Assembly: GCA_001662655.1 (NCBI GenBank) | Contig: KV460225.1 | Length of the DNA stretch: 64,000 bases | Reading direction: 5' to 3' (one strand) | Source: Pseudogymnoascus verrucosus | Lineage: Eukaryota | Part shown: positions 12,644-25,431 of the stretch, in pieces | How positions within the stretch are numbered: the stretch's first letter is position 1 | How the letters are laid out: each line of letters opens with the position of its first letter | The notes under the pieces: generated by a model | Told to the model about the DNA's origin: nothing | Databases searched by the model: none | The model's input: the letters and a program-made list of their open reading frames with translations, nothing else | Position numbers and translations under genes: made by a program

Positions 12644-12959
12644 ACGAAGTAGATATGGTATAAATGACAAAGGTGTTAAATGGTTTAGTTCTTTCAAGCT
12701 TTAAATTGCTCCCATAAGTTGCTAGTACAGAGGACGAGGTTCCCAATTTTCTTGAGTCTATGGTCGATGAAACAGTTATTCATGTGTCGGAGGTTAAATA
12801 CTACACAAAACACCGCTGGTATTACCAGCAGACTCCTCTTATTCTAAATTGAACTCCATAATGTCACACTTCCCTCATGTTTTTGCCAGTCAAACACCAT
12901 AGCCAAACACCATAGCACCGTATAAATCCCAAACTCCCTCCCTGAAATCCGCCCGCCAT

Positions 12960-13409
12960 CTACTGCACCAACCTCAGCCCAACCACCCCCTCAAGCCCAC
13001 ACTCCCTCACAACACCCACAAACTCCCTCACAAACTCTCTCAGCATCTCCCCCTCGAAATTGATCCCCGCCCCTCTTCCCCAGCCCGGAAAATACTCAAC
13101 AGGAACCACCATCCCTCCCTTAACAGCCCAAGCAACCGGCACCATCCCCCCCGCCTCAGCGCCGTGCATAGAGAAATCAGTGGCACATGTAACTTGGCTC
13201 CCGGATGCTTGTTGGGAGTCGTGCTCGTGGAGGTGGGCGATTCGGAGGTGAGACGAGAGATTGTGCGCGCGGAGGATGAGGGTGAATGCGCGGGTTATGG
13301 CGAGGCTGGATTGGGGGGTTGTGGGGGAGTGGAGGGCGAGGAAGAGGTCGGTTGTGAAACTGTCGAGAGAGGTGGGGGGAGGAGCGAGGGATGTCGCTGC
13401 GGCAGACAT
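12960..13409 (-). CDS. Hypothetical protein, possibly C-terminally truncated
   Basis: 149-aa ORF with CAAAAATG context, upstream TATA-like AATATATAG (~13600) and coding-like composition; no family recognised. Confidence 0.5.
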   Translation of the reverse strand: MSAAATSLAPPPTSLDSFTTDLFLALHSPTTPQSSLAITRAFTLILRAHNLSSHLRIAHLHEHDSQQASGSQVTCATDFSMHGAEAGGMVPVAWAVKGGMVVPVEYFPGWGRGAGINFEGEMLREFVREFVGVVRECGLEGVVGLRLVQ

Positions 13410-14540
13410 TTTGGGGGTTCAGTTGTGATAATGTTGGATCTGAAAAGGAATCTTTTTGTATTGTGCTTTGGAGGTTCTTGAAATGCCGTGGGATATTTGC
13501 AACAGTGAGTATTGGCTGTCAAGACGTTTGAGAAACGGAGTTGGGTGTATGGAGAGTGAATATGGAAGGAGGATAATGGCCGAGAGGCATTAATCGTGCT
13601 ATATATTAAATTGTTATTCAGTCTGTATCAAAATTAGTGGCGATAGGGTTGCGTAAAAGGACTAAAGGGACCCTGAATGGTGATTGTGAAGCCACACAAA
13701 GATAGCTGATGGTCTCAAATTTAGGTCGTGAGTATCGAACCATTTCGTTTGAACCAAAGAACAAAGGCTACTTCAGGGGTTTCCTCTTTGGCAGGACCCA
13801 TACCACAAATCTCACAATGAAGTAACAGAAATAGGTGCATCAACGAAACAAAATTATATTCAAAACATCCCCAACTATAGAAGGTATGTATGGATCATTA
13901 CTAAGAACGTAGCCAGTTCCCCCATCCGCCCAGTGGCACATGGGGCGGCAGCGTTCAACTCAAACGAAACAGTCGCACCTCATTACGACATACCTCCCAA
14001 GACGGGCGGCTGTCTGCTCAAGATCCGTCCTTAGATCTCTAGACTCTGTTCATCCATCCGAAGACAGACGTTGGAGAAGTGATCCTTGGTTCGAGAACGG
14101 CGAGGTGGCGGTAGCTCTACCAAAGTTGTAACAGACGGCCTTCTATGGGTGGTACAGAGAACTGCAGAAGATGCCTTGACTTAACGATGGAAATGAATGG
14201 GATGAAGAGGAAGAGAAACGATGAGTAGAGATGGAGATGACTTTCACTGCCCTTGGTCGAGGATGTCCATGTCACGCTGAAAAAGCTGTAGTCACAGGGA
14301 AATCGACAAGCCATGTCTTGCTCTGAATCGATGGTTAGCAGTATCACAAGCCAACCTGCTGCTCACAGTAGAAACAGGCGACGAAACACACAACGGATGA
14401 TCGTGAATGTCTCTTGTTTGGTGACCTTCTGTAGCAATTCGCTACTCTAGATTGCTATCACGAATCCGAGCGCGCGTAAAGCCCATGTATCGCAAAAATA
14501 ACACCCATTGCCCATTGTCGTACCAAGCACAAGGAAGCAT

Positions 14541-15050
14541 CTACGATCTCGGCTTCTCCTTCTTCTCCTTCCACAATGCCGAAAGACCAACACCGGAGAC
14601 CTTGACAACCTTGAAACGGACACCGGGAATATCTCCCTTGGCCTTGCCCTTACGACCGAAACCAGCAAGCAGGACCTCGTCGTTCTCGTCGACGAAGTTC
14701 AAGCAACCATCGTTGGGGACTAGAATTTTCTGTTAGTCTCCCACTCATCCTGTTGTTCGTCCGTTGGACGTATTGTCGTGTGCAAACATACCGAAAGCAG
14801 TAACCTTCTTTCCGTTCTTGATCAACTGGACCCTGACACACTTGCGAATGGCGGAGTTGGGCTGCTTGGCCTCAACACCGACCTTCTCGAGGACGATGCC
14901 CTTGGCGTGGGAAGAGCCACCGAATGGGGAGGACTTGAAAGCCGTTCCGAGGGCGCGCTTCTTAAAGGACAGATCGGACCATCTTTGCTCGCGGCGGTGG
15001 TTTTGGAGCTTGCGAGCGGCGTTAAGACCACGAGGCTTTCCTTTACCCAT
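14541..15050 (-). CDS. RPS23: 40S ribosomal protein uS12/S23; exons 15050-14792, 14719-14541
   Basis: [15 protein letters not shown]...[30 protein letters not shown]...KEKPRS; 145 aa after removing the GTATGT..TAG intron. Confidence 0.98.
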
Positions 15051-15493
15051 GATTGCTGCACAAGTCGTAGGTTAGCTAATATGTTCAATTTCGTGAGGCT
15101 CTTGGCCAGTTTTCGACGGGGGGGTTTCGTTGCTCGAAGGCGGTCGAAAGGATTTTGTAGACGCGAGTAATAATGTCTTTTGGGAATGAGGGATGTGCAG
15201 GCGCTACATACCGATTTATGTGTTGATCGCGAGAAATGGAGGGTGTGGTTTGGCGTTTGTCGATTGATTCTCGAAATACAACTTCGCGAAGAATATTCGG
15301 TGGTGGGACTAGGGTTTCGGTTCCTCAGGATCACGTGTTGTGGGAAAAATTGGGGCCTGGCTCGGCAAGGATCTTTCGCGAGGCAGGAATGCTTGGCAGC
15401 CTCGTCAAGCTCCCAAGGTATGGAATTCGTCTGTGAAGTAGGACTGCCGACGACCATGTAAACCAATAATGACATGACGACGCCCAACTCGCC

Positions 15494-16312
15494 ATGTCGC
15501 AAACGCCTACAAACAAGGGCAGGTTGAGAGAGCCTCCTCCGTCCCTATTTCTGGGACCACCTTCTCAAAATGCCTCCAACATCTCACTGGCGGGGCCCTC
15601 CCAAATGGGCGCAAACCTTGCGCAAACCACAAGTGCCATGACAGTATCCTCAAATGGAAGTCGTATTCCACTTACCCGCCAGCGATCTAATCGGCATGTT
15701 CCTCGTGTGAATGGGGATGGATTTAATGATCCAACGAACATTTCTACGATCCCGCGTCCCCTGCCCCGCATCGAATCTGAGAGCCAGAAACAGGCAGATA
15801 AGACAGATGCATTGTGGGCTCAGATGCAGTCTACGCTGGAGGAGGTCGAACTCAATGCGGTCAACGGCATCCAAGTGTTTGGTCCAGAGCATACGAAAGC
15901 CTTGGACAGTCTACGGATGGCACAGATCGCACTGGCACAAGCATGGGTCAGGAGCGGAGCCGATGATGCGGTTGAGACTATTGACAGGAGTGCTACGGGA
16001 TTTCGAGGTTCTTTGTTGCCAGGTGAGGGGAGAGAAGAAACTGAAGGAAAGAGTGCAAGTGGTGTATCGGGAAGCATTCCAGTGGATCTGAATACGGATA
16101 CGTTGGACGAAGAGACGGACGCAGACACACGCTTGGCCCGCCAAAGGAGAGAAGCCAATGACGAGTATTTCCAGCGGGTCAATGGTGGAGTTCTTGATGT
16201 GGTAGCGAAACTGCAGGTCGTCGCCGATGCGATGAAGGCCGTGGAAAAGGAGAGCAGAGATATCTGGGAGGACTCAGAGGTATCGCTCTCAACTGAATCG
16301 ATACCACAATAA
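15494..16312 (+). CDS. Fungal hypothetical protein with predicted helical C-terminal part, divergent from RPS23
   Basis: 272-aa ORF with GCCATG start; blocks DALWAQMQSTLEEVEL, LRMAQIALAQAW, RREANDEYFQRVNGGVLDVVAKL look conserved. Confidence 0.8.
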   Translation: MSQTPTNKGRLREPPPSLFLGPPSQNASNISLAGPSQMGANLAQTTSAMTVSSNGSRIPLTRQRSNRHVPRVNGDGFNDPTNISTIPRPLPRIESESQKQADKTDALWAQMQSTLEEVELNAVNGIQVFGPEHTKALDSLRMAQIALAQAWVRSGADDAVETIDRSATGFRGSLLPGEGREETEGKSASGVSGSIPVDLNTDTLDEETDADTRLARQRREANDEYFQRVNGGVLDVVAKLQVVADAMKAVEKESRDIWEDSEVSLSTESIPQ

Positions 16313-17116
16313 TAAAATCAAGTGCGAAGTTCAATGGCTCGAGGCGATAGTATACACTGATGTACACAATATCTTCGTTTTCATTATGACATTATAATGC
16401 TCTTATCGAAGTCGCTCATCGATACCGTACTATAAAGGTATATCTCCCATGTGAATTCCCAAACGCCAGTATTCTTAATCGTAGTTGCTTTAGTTGCCAA
16501 TGAGAAGAGAGCCCTGTCTGGTATCAGTTTGAACCATGGGAGGTTGCATGAATGACTTACAGCCATGAGCAGGCAACATATACTTATATACGGGCTCAGC
16601 CTTTCTCCTATCCGCGCACATTTCCAGAAGACACCCAAGACACTACGATCGTCAGTTATAAATCTTCAACCTGTGGTTGTGCGACCTACCCATTCTTATT
16701 CCTGTCCATAATCCCTGGAAACAGCTGGTGGGCGTACGCGCTTGTGCAGATGAGGAGGAGGAACACCAGCAACAAAGACTGGAAGTTGAAAAGAGCCGTC
16801 TATTTTTTTTTGTCAGCATTTCATTCCTGGATTCAGGGTAAGCTTGCGTACCATCTTGAGGGGTCGTTTCTTGTAACTGATCTACTATCCAGGCAGGTCT
16901 CGTTGCAAGCAACAAAGTTGGCCTCTCGGTCTCTCGGTACCGCAACAACAAATTCACCGAGACGCGGGAAATCGTCCAGCCGACGCCGACGTCACCATGG
17001 CCCCTCGACCACCTCCCAAGAACCCGGTAAGCAATTTTTGTAAATTATACTCTGTACACTATCGAATCACCTCTGCATGTGTCAGTTTTGTACGGTTATT
17101 AGCCGCTAACCTCACC

Positions 17117-17630
17117 ATGGAGCCCCGGGCTCGCGCCGCCAAAAATCGCGGCCAGCAGAACTTCACGGACCAAGAACGTGTGTACTCCCCCACCCCTGTC
17201 AAACTTCACATTCTGACCCCTTCCAGTCCAGATGCTCCTGTACGCCCACGGCGATGTCCCAAACTCCCTCCCTGGCACAATCCGCGTGCTCGATGAGATG
17301 CTCTCCGACTTCATCATCGAGCTGTGCTTCGAAGCGGACCGCCCCGCGCAGCTAGCCGGACGGCAGAAGGTCAAGCTCGAGGACTTCAAATTCGCGTGCC
17401 GCAAGGACCCGCTGAAGCTGGGCAAGATCGAGGAGGTGTTCGAGCGCAAGGCAGAGATTGATGCCGCGCGTAAGGCGGTCGATGTGAGCGATGACAAGAT
17501 CACGAAGACGGGGGTTGAAAATCTGGTGGGCGAGGAGCTGGGGGAGGCGGACGATGATGCCGATACGCAGATTGTCGGCGGGAAGCGGGGGAAATATAAG
17601 AAAAAGGAGCCCAAGGAGCCCAAGGAGTAG
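17117..17630 (+). CDS. TAF13: TFIID subunit 13 (histone-fold, TFIID-18kDa family); exons 17117-17177, 17227-17630
   Basis: MEPRARA..., LLYAHGDV, VLDEMLSDFI, KVKLEDFKFACRKDPLKLGKIEE; intron GTGTGT..CTGAC..CAG in frame. Confidence 0.9.
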
Positions 17631-20124
17631 GTCTGAGTGGGTGCTTTGCTTGTTTGTAAAAGCCAGCATGATGGGTTCAGGAGGCGTTGGGAATGGGGGA
17701 TATCGTTTTATGGGCGTTTTCGGATCATATACCCACAGCTCAGGACATGGATGGATGAGGCGCTTGATGCTCACGATTGGCAGAATTATAGCCAAAATTG
17801 ATGGAGACGAAAAAAACAGCGATGATTTCACACTGCCGCCCAACAGCGAATCTAGGTGACCAAGAAAATCTGTGTCAACAAGGCTATTCTTCGGAGAGAC
17901 TCGTCATTGCTACCTAACGATCAGCGTGAGTTTGTATCGATGTCTGTAATACGTTTTCTGGGCATCCTTCGCTCTATAATTGTGGGAATAGAGGCCTTTT
18001 GCGCGAGTAAGGCACAGCAAGCCACCCCTTTTTATATTTTGGTTCAACTCACAAGTCTGCATCAGTGTGTAGTTTCGTCTTTCATTTTCTTTCCATAACT
18101 AGTTTACTATTGATGGTCAGGAATGGCTGTGGATAACGCTTGTTGACTTGTGTAATATTTGTATTAATTCCCAACTTGTTCATGTTGGCAGTCAATGATT
18201 TTAAATTTGAGTGGTTGAGATTTCGGTGTCGAATTTGCTTTTATAAGAGTTGGTTTATTATTTTCTCCTTCTCTCTTTACATTCAACCTACATTTCAACC
18301 ATCGCTCTGCCTCTGAGGGTCTAGAATCTCATCTCATACCTCCGATAAGTTCGCTAGGTTTTAAACTTGCACCCTCCTGTGAACTCTCGCCTGCCTCCAC
18401 GTCGGCTGGTCCTTTACTCACACACTTTGAAATTCCACCTTCTGGACGGTTCCTCTGTCAAGTTCACATCTCCTGAAGCTCACATCACCTTCCAAACGCT
18501 CTTGCTTACCTTCAAGTCGACAGGTCCTCAAGTCATCTAGTGTCCGCTAGACTGCAGCTTTCACATCACCAGTACCCACTCATCAAAAATTCACTCGGAT
18601 CCTAAATCAGTGACTTCGCTCGGTATGTTCGAGCAGCAAACCTGTCCCCTCCGCACTTGAAAATATTATCTATGGGCTATACTAACAGTCGAATTTCAGA
18701 TATCCCGTAGCTAGTCTCTCGAAGAAGCTAGCTACAGAATCCACCAAGACCAAGCTCGTGCATATATACATCGCATAGCCTGAAAGACGTCAAAATGACG
18801 AAAGCAAGCAGTAACGAAGCACCCACTTTCGAGTAGGTTTGCAATTACATCTGGAAAGGTGCGACAGCTAACTAGGTTTAGAAACTGCACTCAGATCGCC
18901 ACTATCATCGTGGGCGTGGAAAAAAAGAAATGGAGGATCCCTACAGACCTTCTCTGCTTCCACCCGTTGGAGATTCTATTTAGGGGCGTCAAACCCTACC
19001 TCCCAATCGCAAAGGCGACTTCAGCTCGTCCATTGCCTTCAGTTGATCCCAACGCAGCATCTAAGATGAGGTTGTCAATAGATTGTCAGATGTCAGAGTG
19101 TTTTCACTCGACTCATGGAAGTTAATGACGATTTCTTCAGGGATGATTGCATTTCCCTCACTCGGCGTCTAGAGGAGGTTGAGGGACACATATTCTCTGT
19201 CGCTAGAGTTGTGGCAACCACGCAGATCACGATATGCCACCTAGCATATTACTCGTCGTTCAAGCCAACGTTAATAGTAGGAGATGAGATAAGGGTTGTC
19301 ATCGATAACGGCGAGTGGTTTAAAGGATCAACTGGATTATAGTCTCGACGACCTAGAGAATGTGGAGCTTGACGATTACCGCGCAGCGACCATAGCGATG
19401 AGAAAGAGCGAGTTGACACCGTTCAACTCAGAGAGCCTCGCGGCACGTGTTAAGTTCCTGAACCCAGCGACGTTCAAACGCATTGTGTCGGGCGAACAGC
19501 ACAGGCTTCATCGACAACGGAGGCTTCACAACAACGGGGACTTCATGGATGGAGAAGATTTGGGCGAGGGCGAGGACGAAGACATAGAGGCGCCTCATAC
19601 CAAACCGGCTCCTTCTTTCGAGACGCCATCACAGTGGACGGACACCTAGCGGCCACACCGGGTGTCAGAGGTATCTCAACGCGCCGACAGGCGCAAAGGC
19701 GCAACCTTGGGCTGACCGAGGGGGCCGACGAGACATCAGTTGACGTTACGGAAGCCGTCCCCTCTGATATTAGTGAGACATATCTCATAATTCAAGAAAT
19801 CCTTCGATCTATCAACGTCGGGTGTTCTCTCATCGCAGACCTCCAATTTAAGAAGACTCAAGCGATGATGAGTCGGACAAAGGAGATCCAGAAGATGAGC
19901 CGAGGACGAAATCTCTGACGAAGATGACGCGAAAGGAGACCGCTATTCCAACGGTTACATCAGAACTGAGCATTATATTCTTGCCACGATACCTAGGCAC
20001 AGACAAGGTGCCACAAGCAGTGCATAGAGTGGATTTTTTTTTCCCCTGCAGGTGTTTTATAGCGAGCGATGATTGAGTCGACTCTCTCACCTCAAACCAG
20101 CTCCTTCTTTTGAGACGCGACAAC

Positions 20125-20455
20125 CGTAGATACGCATTTAGCCGCGACACTAGGTGCCCGAGGGGATTTCAATGTGCTTACAGATGCAATGATGAACCCT
20201 TGGACGGACCGAGAAGCCAAATAGAGCCAGGTTGCGGGGCCGATGAAGACTCTGGCAGATATTAGTTGGAGAAGAAGATCTGGAAGCAGAATGGAAGATG
20301 GAAATACCGCCCAGCTATCACGATCAGAAGACGCTAGGCCACAGACATAGCGGCGACACCAGGGGCCAAGGGTTACTTTACTGTGCTTACGGATGCAATG
20401 ATGCACATGCACCCTTGGACGGATCGCTAAACCAGATAGAGCCAGGACCGATCGA
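20125..20455 (+). repeat. Diverged direct duplication (~120-bp core, two copies about 210-220 bp apart)
   Basis: GCGACACYAGG...TGTGCTTACRGATGCAATGATG...ACCCTTGGACGGA...ATAGAGCCAGG at ~20144-20230 and ~20353-20445. Confidence 0.8.
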
Positions 20456-20584
20456 CGAAGAATCCGAAGAAGATAGGATAGTCCGGTGAAAGAAGAAGCT
20501 GAACTCAAAGAATGTTTCCGAGAACAGTGAGATAGACAGCTCTGAGGAGATAGAGAGCGTCGAGATAGGGGGAAATCCGCAATC

Positions 20585-21376
20585 CCAAAGAACAATGGGC
20601 AGCTGATAATATCAGAACCGAGCAATCTCGTCCTACCGCCACAGCCAGGAACAGAAAGCCACAACAAGCGCATTGAGCTGGTTTAGATTCTCCTGACGTG
20701 TTTTTTACAGAACGAGAGTTGATCGAGACCATACACTCTATTCCGCCTCACCGACTCCTTCCTCCGGGACGTTGCCATAAGGCCGTCATCATGTGCTTAA
20801 CCAAGCTTACTGCGTCGGCCCCCTCGATTAGCCCAGGGGGCCCGACGAGGACTCCAACGAGGGAAGATGGCCCGGAAGAAGAAACATCCGATGAAGATGG
20901 AGTGGTAAGAACACCACCATGCTAAAGGATAATGGCCAGCGGTTTATATCAGAATTGGGGAGTCTCGCTCTGCCGCCATACCCAGGCACAGAAAGCCACA
21001 AGAAGCGCATTATTGGGTGCTCGATCACCTACGTCTAATTTCCTGACTTCTGTTGTTGGAAGGATGGGGACAGCAGTAGGCGGATTACGATTCCCCTGTA
21101 CGTGATTTGCAGAGCGGGAGATGATCGAGACCACCGTCTCACCCCAAGCCAACTCTTTCCTTCGAGACGGTGCCATAAGAACGTCATCATGTGCTTATCC
21201 AAGCTTACTGCATCGCCCCCCTCGATCAGCCCAGGAGGACCGGCGAGGACTCCAACGAAAGAAGATGACTCGGAAGCAGAAACCTCCGATGAAGAAACCT
21301 AGGAAGAAATACGCGTTGAAGATAAAGTGGTAAGAAAAGTAAGAACACCACCTTCTTAAAGAACAATGGCCAGCCG
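20585..21376 (+). repeat. Diverged tandem duplication (~340-430 bp units, 2 copies plus the start of a third)
   Basis: AATGG.CAGC..ATATCAGAA..ACAGAAAGCCACAA.AAGCGCATT at ~20595-20673 and ~20932-21011; GTCATCATGTGCTTA.CCAAGCTTACTGC..CCCCCTCGAT.AGCCCAGG..AGGACTCCAACGA at ~20785 and ~21183. Confidence 0.85.
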
Positions 21377-24300
21377 TCGCGCTATAACCGGGGCGTCGAT
21401 TCCCGACTCTAAGGCAATGACACAGGAAGGCACAGAAGACAAGAAGGGCCGAGAGAAGTTCCTAACACATACTTTTACAAACCTAGAGGTTCTCCAGACC
21501 TCTCATCCTTTAATCTCCCCACCTCATAACGACAACGCCCCTGAATCGCAGTAACTCCTTGTCGGAGGATCACGTGGTAGAATAGGGGTAATCGCCGCTA
21601 AAGCCAACGGAAGTCAATGGTAGGAACCGGCGGGTGCTGCTGCTGTCTTCAATAGGGCATTTGCTTTGAGTCTTTGTCTCTCCTGTTCTTCAATAAGAAC
21701 GCGATAGTGCATCCGTGAAGCAGAAGAACTCCGACTCATCCTTTATCTCTTTGGTGCCATTATAATATCAAGTTTTTTTACAGTCAATCTGGTGTTACTT
21801 TGTTTTGAGCATCGTGCCCTATGACAAAATTCTACCCCTTTTCTACACATGACTCCTTACCTCCCCCTTTTTCCCTCCCATTCCCCTCCCACCCTCTTTT
21901 CCTCCTCCCTCTCATAGCTACCACCACCACATCCCCCACCCAAATAACCCAACAAGGAAACCCGAACCACTCCACCCTCTTTCCCTCGCCACGCCCTCTC
22001 CCACCACCCTTCACCCCGGCCACGCCGAAGAAAACTGCCGCCATCCGAGACATACATACACCACTCCAACAGAAGAGAACGTAAGACCCTCCCCCCTCCC
22101 CCTTCTCCCCCTACACCCTCAAGTATCTCCATCCATCCCATGATCTCCATCCATCCCATGATCTCCATCCCCAAAACTCCCCCCGCATGCATGCATACCA
22201 TGCATACACACCACAGCAGCAGCAGTATCTCACCAACCCAACACCGCCGTACTGGGATAGTCGCGCATGCATGTATGCATGCAGGTTCTTTACAAATCCC
22301 CGTCCTTAACCCCCCCCCCCTCCCCCCCGTTCTTTCAACAGTCGCTGCACTGTGGAAGTAAGGGAGAAGTGGGGATGAGGAAGGGGGGACGCAGTGTGAC
22401 AACCAGGATGAATATGTAGGAGATATATAACCTGCACGAGATATGACCTACAATAGTTCTGTGGCACCACGCCCCCCCCCCCCACCCCCCCAGCCGGGAC
22501 GCCCAAAACGTGTTCTCCCGCAGCCGGAACAGAAACCACACCCCCCCCCCACCCCTCCCACCATCCTCTCGCTGNNTCGGCCTTCCCCCCCCCCCAAACC
22601 CCCCCGCATCAACCCCCCTCTACCCACCCCCCCCCCGACCCCTCCCCCCCCTCGCCGGCCCCCCCCCCCCCCCAGAAACCACCCCCCCCCCCCCACCCCT
22701 CCCACCATCCTCTCGCTGTCTCTAGAATACCGCCATAACAGGCTGGAACCGCATGAGCCTGAAACCAAGGCCTAGACCGGCCATCTCGCCACGCCCGGGA
22801 TATCTAGAATGGGCACTTCGATGGTGAAGTAAGGGGCCCGGGGCGAGGGGAGGGGTGATGGCTGACAAAAAACGGAGATGTGGAAATAATAAAAGGGGAG
22901 GGGGGGAAAGAAAAGAAGGGGTGATGGTAACACCAGCACCAACACCCCCCGAAACCCATCGACCGCAGAAAACCGCCACCGAGAGCGGGACACCTAGAAC
23001 GTGTCATCCCATCGCAGGAGGAGATGGGAATGCACGCACCCCCCGAACGAGGACGGTACCGCCGTGACGTCCTCGCGCTCTCCCACTCCATGGGGGTACA
23101 AAAACGAAACAAACCCACCGCAAAGAGGCGTGACTGCATGGTAAAATGAACCTCAAACTGAGAGAGTGGGATGGGCGTTGAGCGACGTAAGGGGGAGGAG
23201 GGGTTGATGAATAACAAACACAAACCCCAAGAGAGAGACACGACACGCCACCAAGCCCAGGCCGCATAGAACCTATCGACCCCCTCCCCAACAATTGTAG
23301 AAAAACCGCACACTAAAAATGTGGAAAGATGTGATGTGATAGATAGTGATACGCGACCGGGACGCCCGCAGGACCGGCTGGACGAAGTAGAGACACACCC
23401 CTCTAAAAAAAATATGTGAGGTGGGGAATGATATCTCCGCCCTGGGAGGCAGATAGAGGATGTCGAAAATCGTCGTGCCGCTGCGGAGGAACGAAATATA
23501 ACTTACCCGATCTAATACCCGGGGACTTAAATCGGGGGAGGGGAGGTGGATCTGGGATACCACCGCAACTGTGCACGCTCGCTGTATCGTGAGAGCACGA
23601 CAGCTATGGCAGCACGGTAGAGCGCCAAGATGTGGTGGGATGCGATGCGATGCCACCGGCGGATGGGATCGGTCTAGACCCCTCCCTCCCTGGCGTCCAT
23701 AACGGGTTGTGAGTGAGCGATGCAAGGGGGTGAGGTGGTTGACAAATTCTCGGCTCCCAAGCTAGCTAGCAGGGAGAAAACTATCCCAAAGCGCTGACTG
23801 CAGGATGGGGATTCAAAACCGCAGTAAGGGGGGTGGGTGATTGATGGTAACGTGGCGAGGAGGCGTGTATGGCGACGAGCGTGTGTGGGTATGGAGACCG
23901 GGGGGTATTATTTACATTGATTGAGATGTTGGCATGCATTGGATAGGGAGGATGGGGTCATAATACACATTGCACAAGTAGACAGAGACAATTAAACAAG
24001 TAGTGAGGAGAGTAAATGTTCTCTTCATTGACAAAACAGCTATTATCGCTGATGCCTGATCTGCTATCTAAGATCGCCCGACTGACTACTGCGAGTCGTC
24101 GTAAGGGTATGCGTACACCCCTCCTTCCCCTTCCCCTCTCCCTTCCTGTCCTGTTCCTCCCACTATCCCTTCCCTTTCCTCTCGCACTCCCAAAAATCCC
24201 CGCGCGTACGCGTAATACAAAAGTGGTATGATATCCCCCCCTCCATGCTTCCCAATCCCGATGCCTCCCTGATGAATGCCCCAATAAAAATGCAACCTTC

Positions 24301-24975
24301 CCGTCTCCCCACCAAAAAAAACTTGAGTAGAAAAACAGAAGCCCAGACAAAAGAAATGATGCGATGCTAGCCACCCCCCCGATGATGTGGTGATGGGGGG
24401 TGCTTTTATGAGTGATGATTGGCGCCGGGGGTATGCAAGTACAAGTAATCTTCTTCGTCTTTCTCTCTTCTTCTTCTTCGATGAATGATGACGGTTTAAA
24501 AAAAAGTGGTGAGTCAAAAAAGCCGATGCTGAAAAAACGCCGATTTGTTCCCAATCCGCTCCTCTAGTTGCTCCTTGCCTTCTATCTCGTTCTCGTCGGC
24601 GTCTATAACGGACAAAGATGCCAGCCCGGTTGGTGTAGGTAGGTAGATAGATGGATAGATAGATAGGATGGAAACTCCCAAGATGATGCGGATGTATAAA
24701 TGATAAGTGTAAGACAAGATAGTTCAGAAGTGGAAAATGCGAGCCCCCAATCCAAACCGATGATGGATTAGGGGTGTGTGTGCGTGGTCGTGTCATGGCG
24801 CGTTGTTGTGTGTGGTATGGGTATGTGTGGAGATGCGCCGATTCGTGAGTTCGTAGTAGATAAAGTCGTAGAGTTAAAGATATAAGAATTCGTAGTGGTG
24901 AAGTGGTGAAGGTGAAGCGTAGCCGTTCGAGTAGTAGAGTAAAGTAGTAGCCAAAGCCGTCAACTCAACCCCGCT

Positions 24976-25431
24976 CTACGAAGCGCTCTGCCTCCTCTGA
25001 TACCGACTCTGATCAAACGCGCTCGCATATCCCCTCAACTCCCTCCTCGCCTCCTCCGATACCACCTCCCCCACACTCGCACCGCTCTGCATCGAGAACA
25101 GCGAGCTCTGGCTTGAACTCGGTGTCAGCACCGGCCTGGTTTGCAGACGCGGGACAGAGTATGTAGCCTGCTGGCGCGGCTGAGGTTGGGAGTGTGCGCG
25201 TGCGTGGACGGCGGGGCGGATGGCGGAGGAGGAGGTCTTCTGGGAGAAGTCGTAGGCGGATGGGAGCTGGAAGGGGGTGTGCGAGTGCGAGGGCCAGGAC
25301 GGGGAGGAGGATGGGGAGGCAGAAGACTCGTATTCAGCGAGGCGGCAGGATTCAGAGCAGTAAGCTGAAGTGTCGGTTTGGCGGTCGCAGGCGAGGCAGT
25401 AGGAGGGAGACCAGTCGATTTCTTGGGCCAT
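24976..25431 (-). CDS. ECL1: Ecl1/2/3-family zinc-binding protein (extender of chronological lifespan)
   Basis: YCLACDRQT...AYCSESCRLAE four-Cys motif, LTPSSSQSSL, and C-terminal ARRELRGYASAFDQ; ACAATGG start context. Confidence 0.85.
   Translation of the reverse strand: MAQEIDWSPSYCLACDRQTDTSAYCSESCRLAEYESSASPSSSPSWPSHSHTPFQLPSAYDFSQKTSSSAIRPAVHARAHSQPQPRQQATYSVPRLQTRPVLTPSSSQSSLFSMQSGASVGEVVSEEARRELRGYASAFDQSRYQRRQSAS

Larger units (their letters stand above)
18795..21400 (+). pseudogene. Fragmented gene relic beginning with a truncated BTB/POZ domain, followed by broken ORFs and internal duplications
   Basis: ATG 18795, intron 18833-18881 gives MTKASSNEAPTFENCTQIATIIVGVEKKKWRIPTDLLCFH (typical fungal BTB start), then BTB similarity stops; a 5'UTR-type intron at ~18623-18699; downstream short ORFs in shifting frames. 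Confidence 0.5.

Noticed and set aside
14400..14520. H/ACA snoRNA candidate (AGAGTA..ACA) downstream of RPS23
   Set aside because: Second hairpin would be only ~30 nt and the boxes are too degenerate to support a call
22450..22720. Poly-C, proline-rich ORFs and a ~44-bp direct repeat (GAAACCAC..CCATCCTCTCGCTG) around NN
   Set aside because: Contains an NN gap and low-complexity C runs; most likely an assembly or gap-filling artefact
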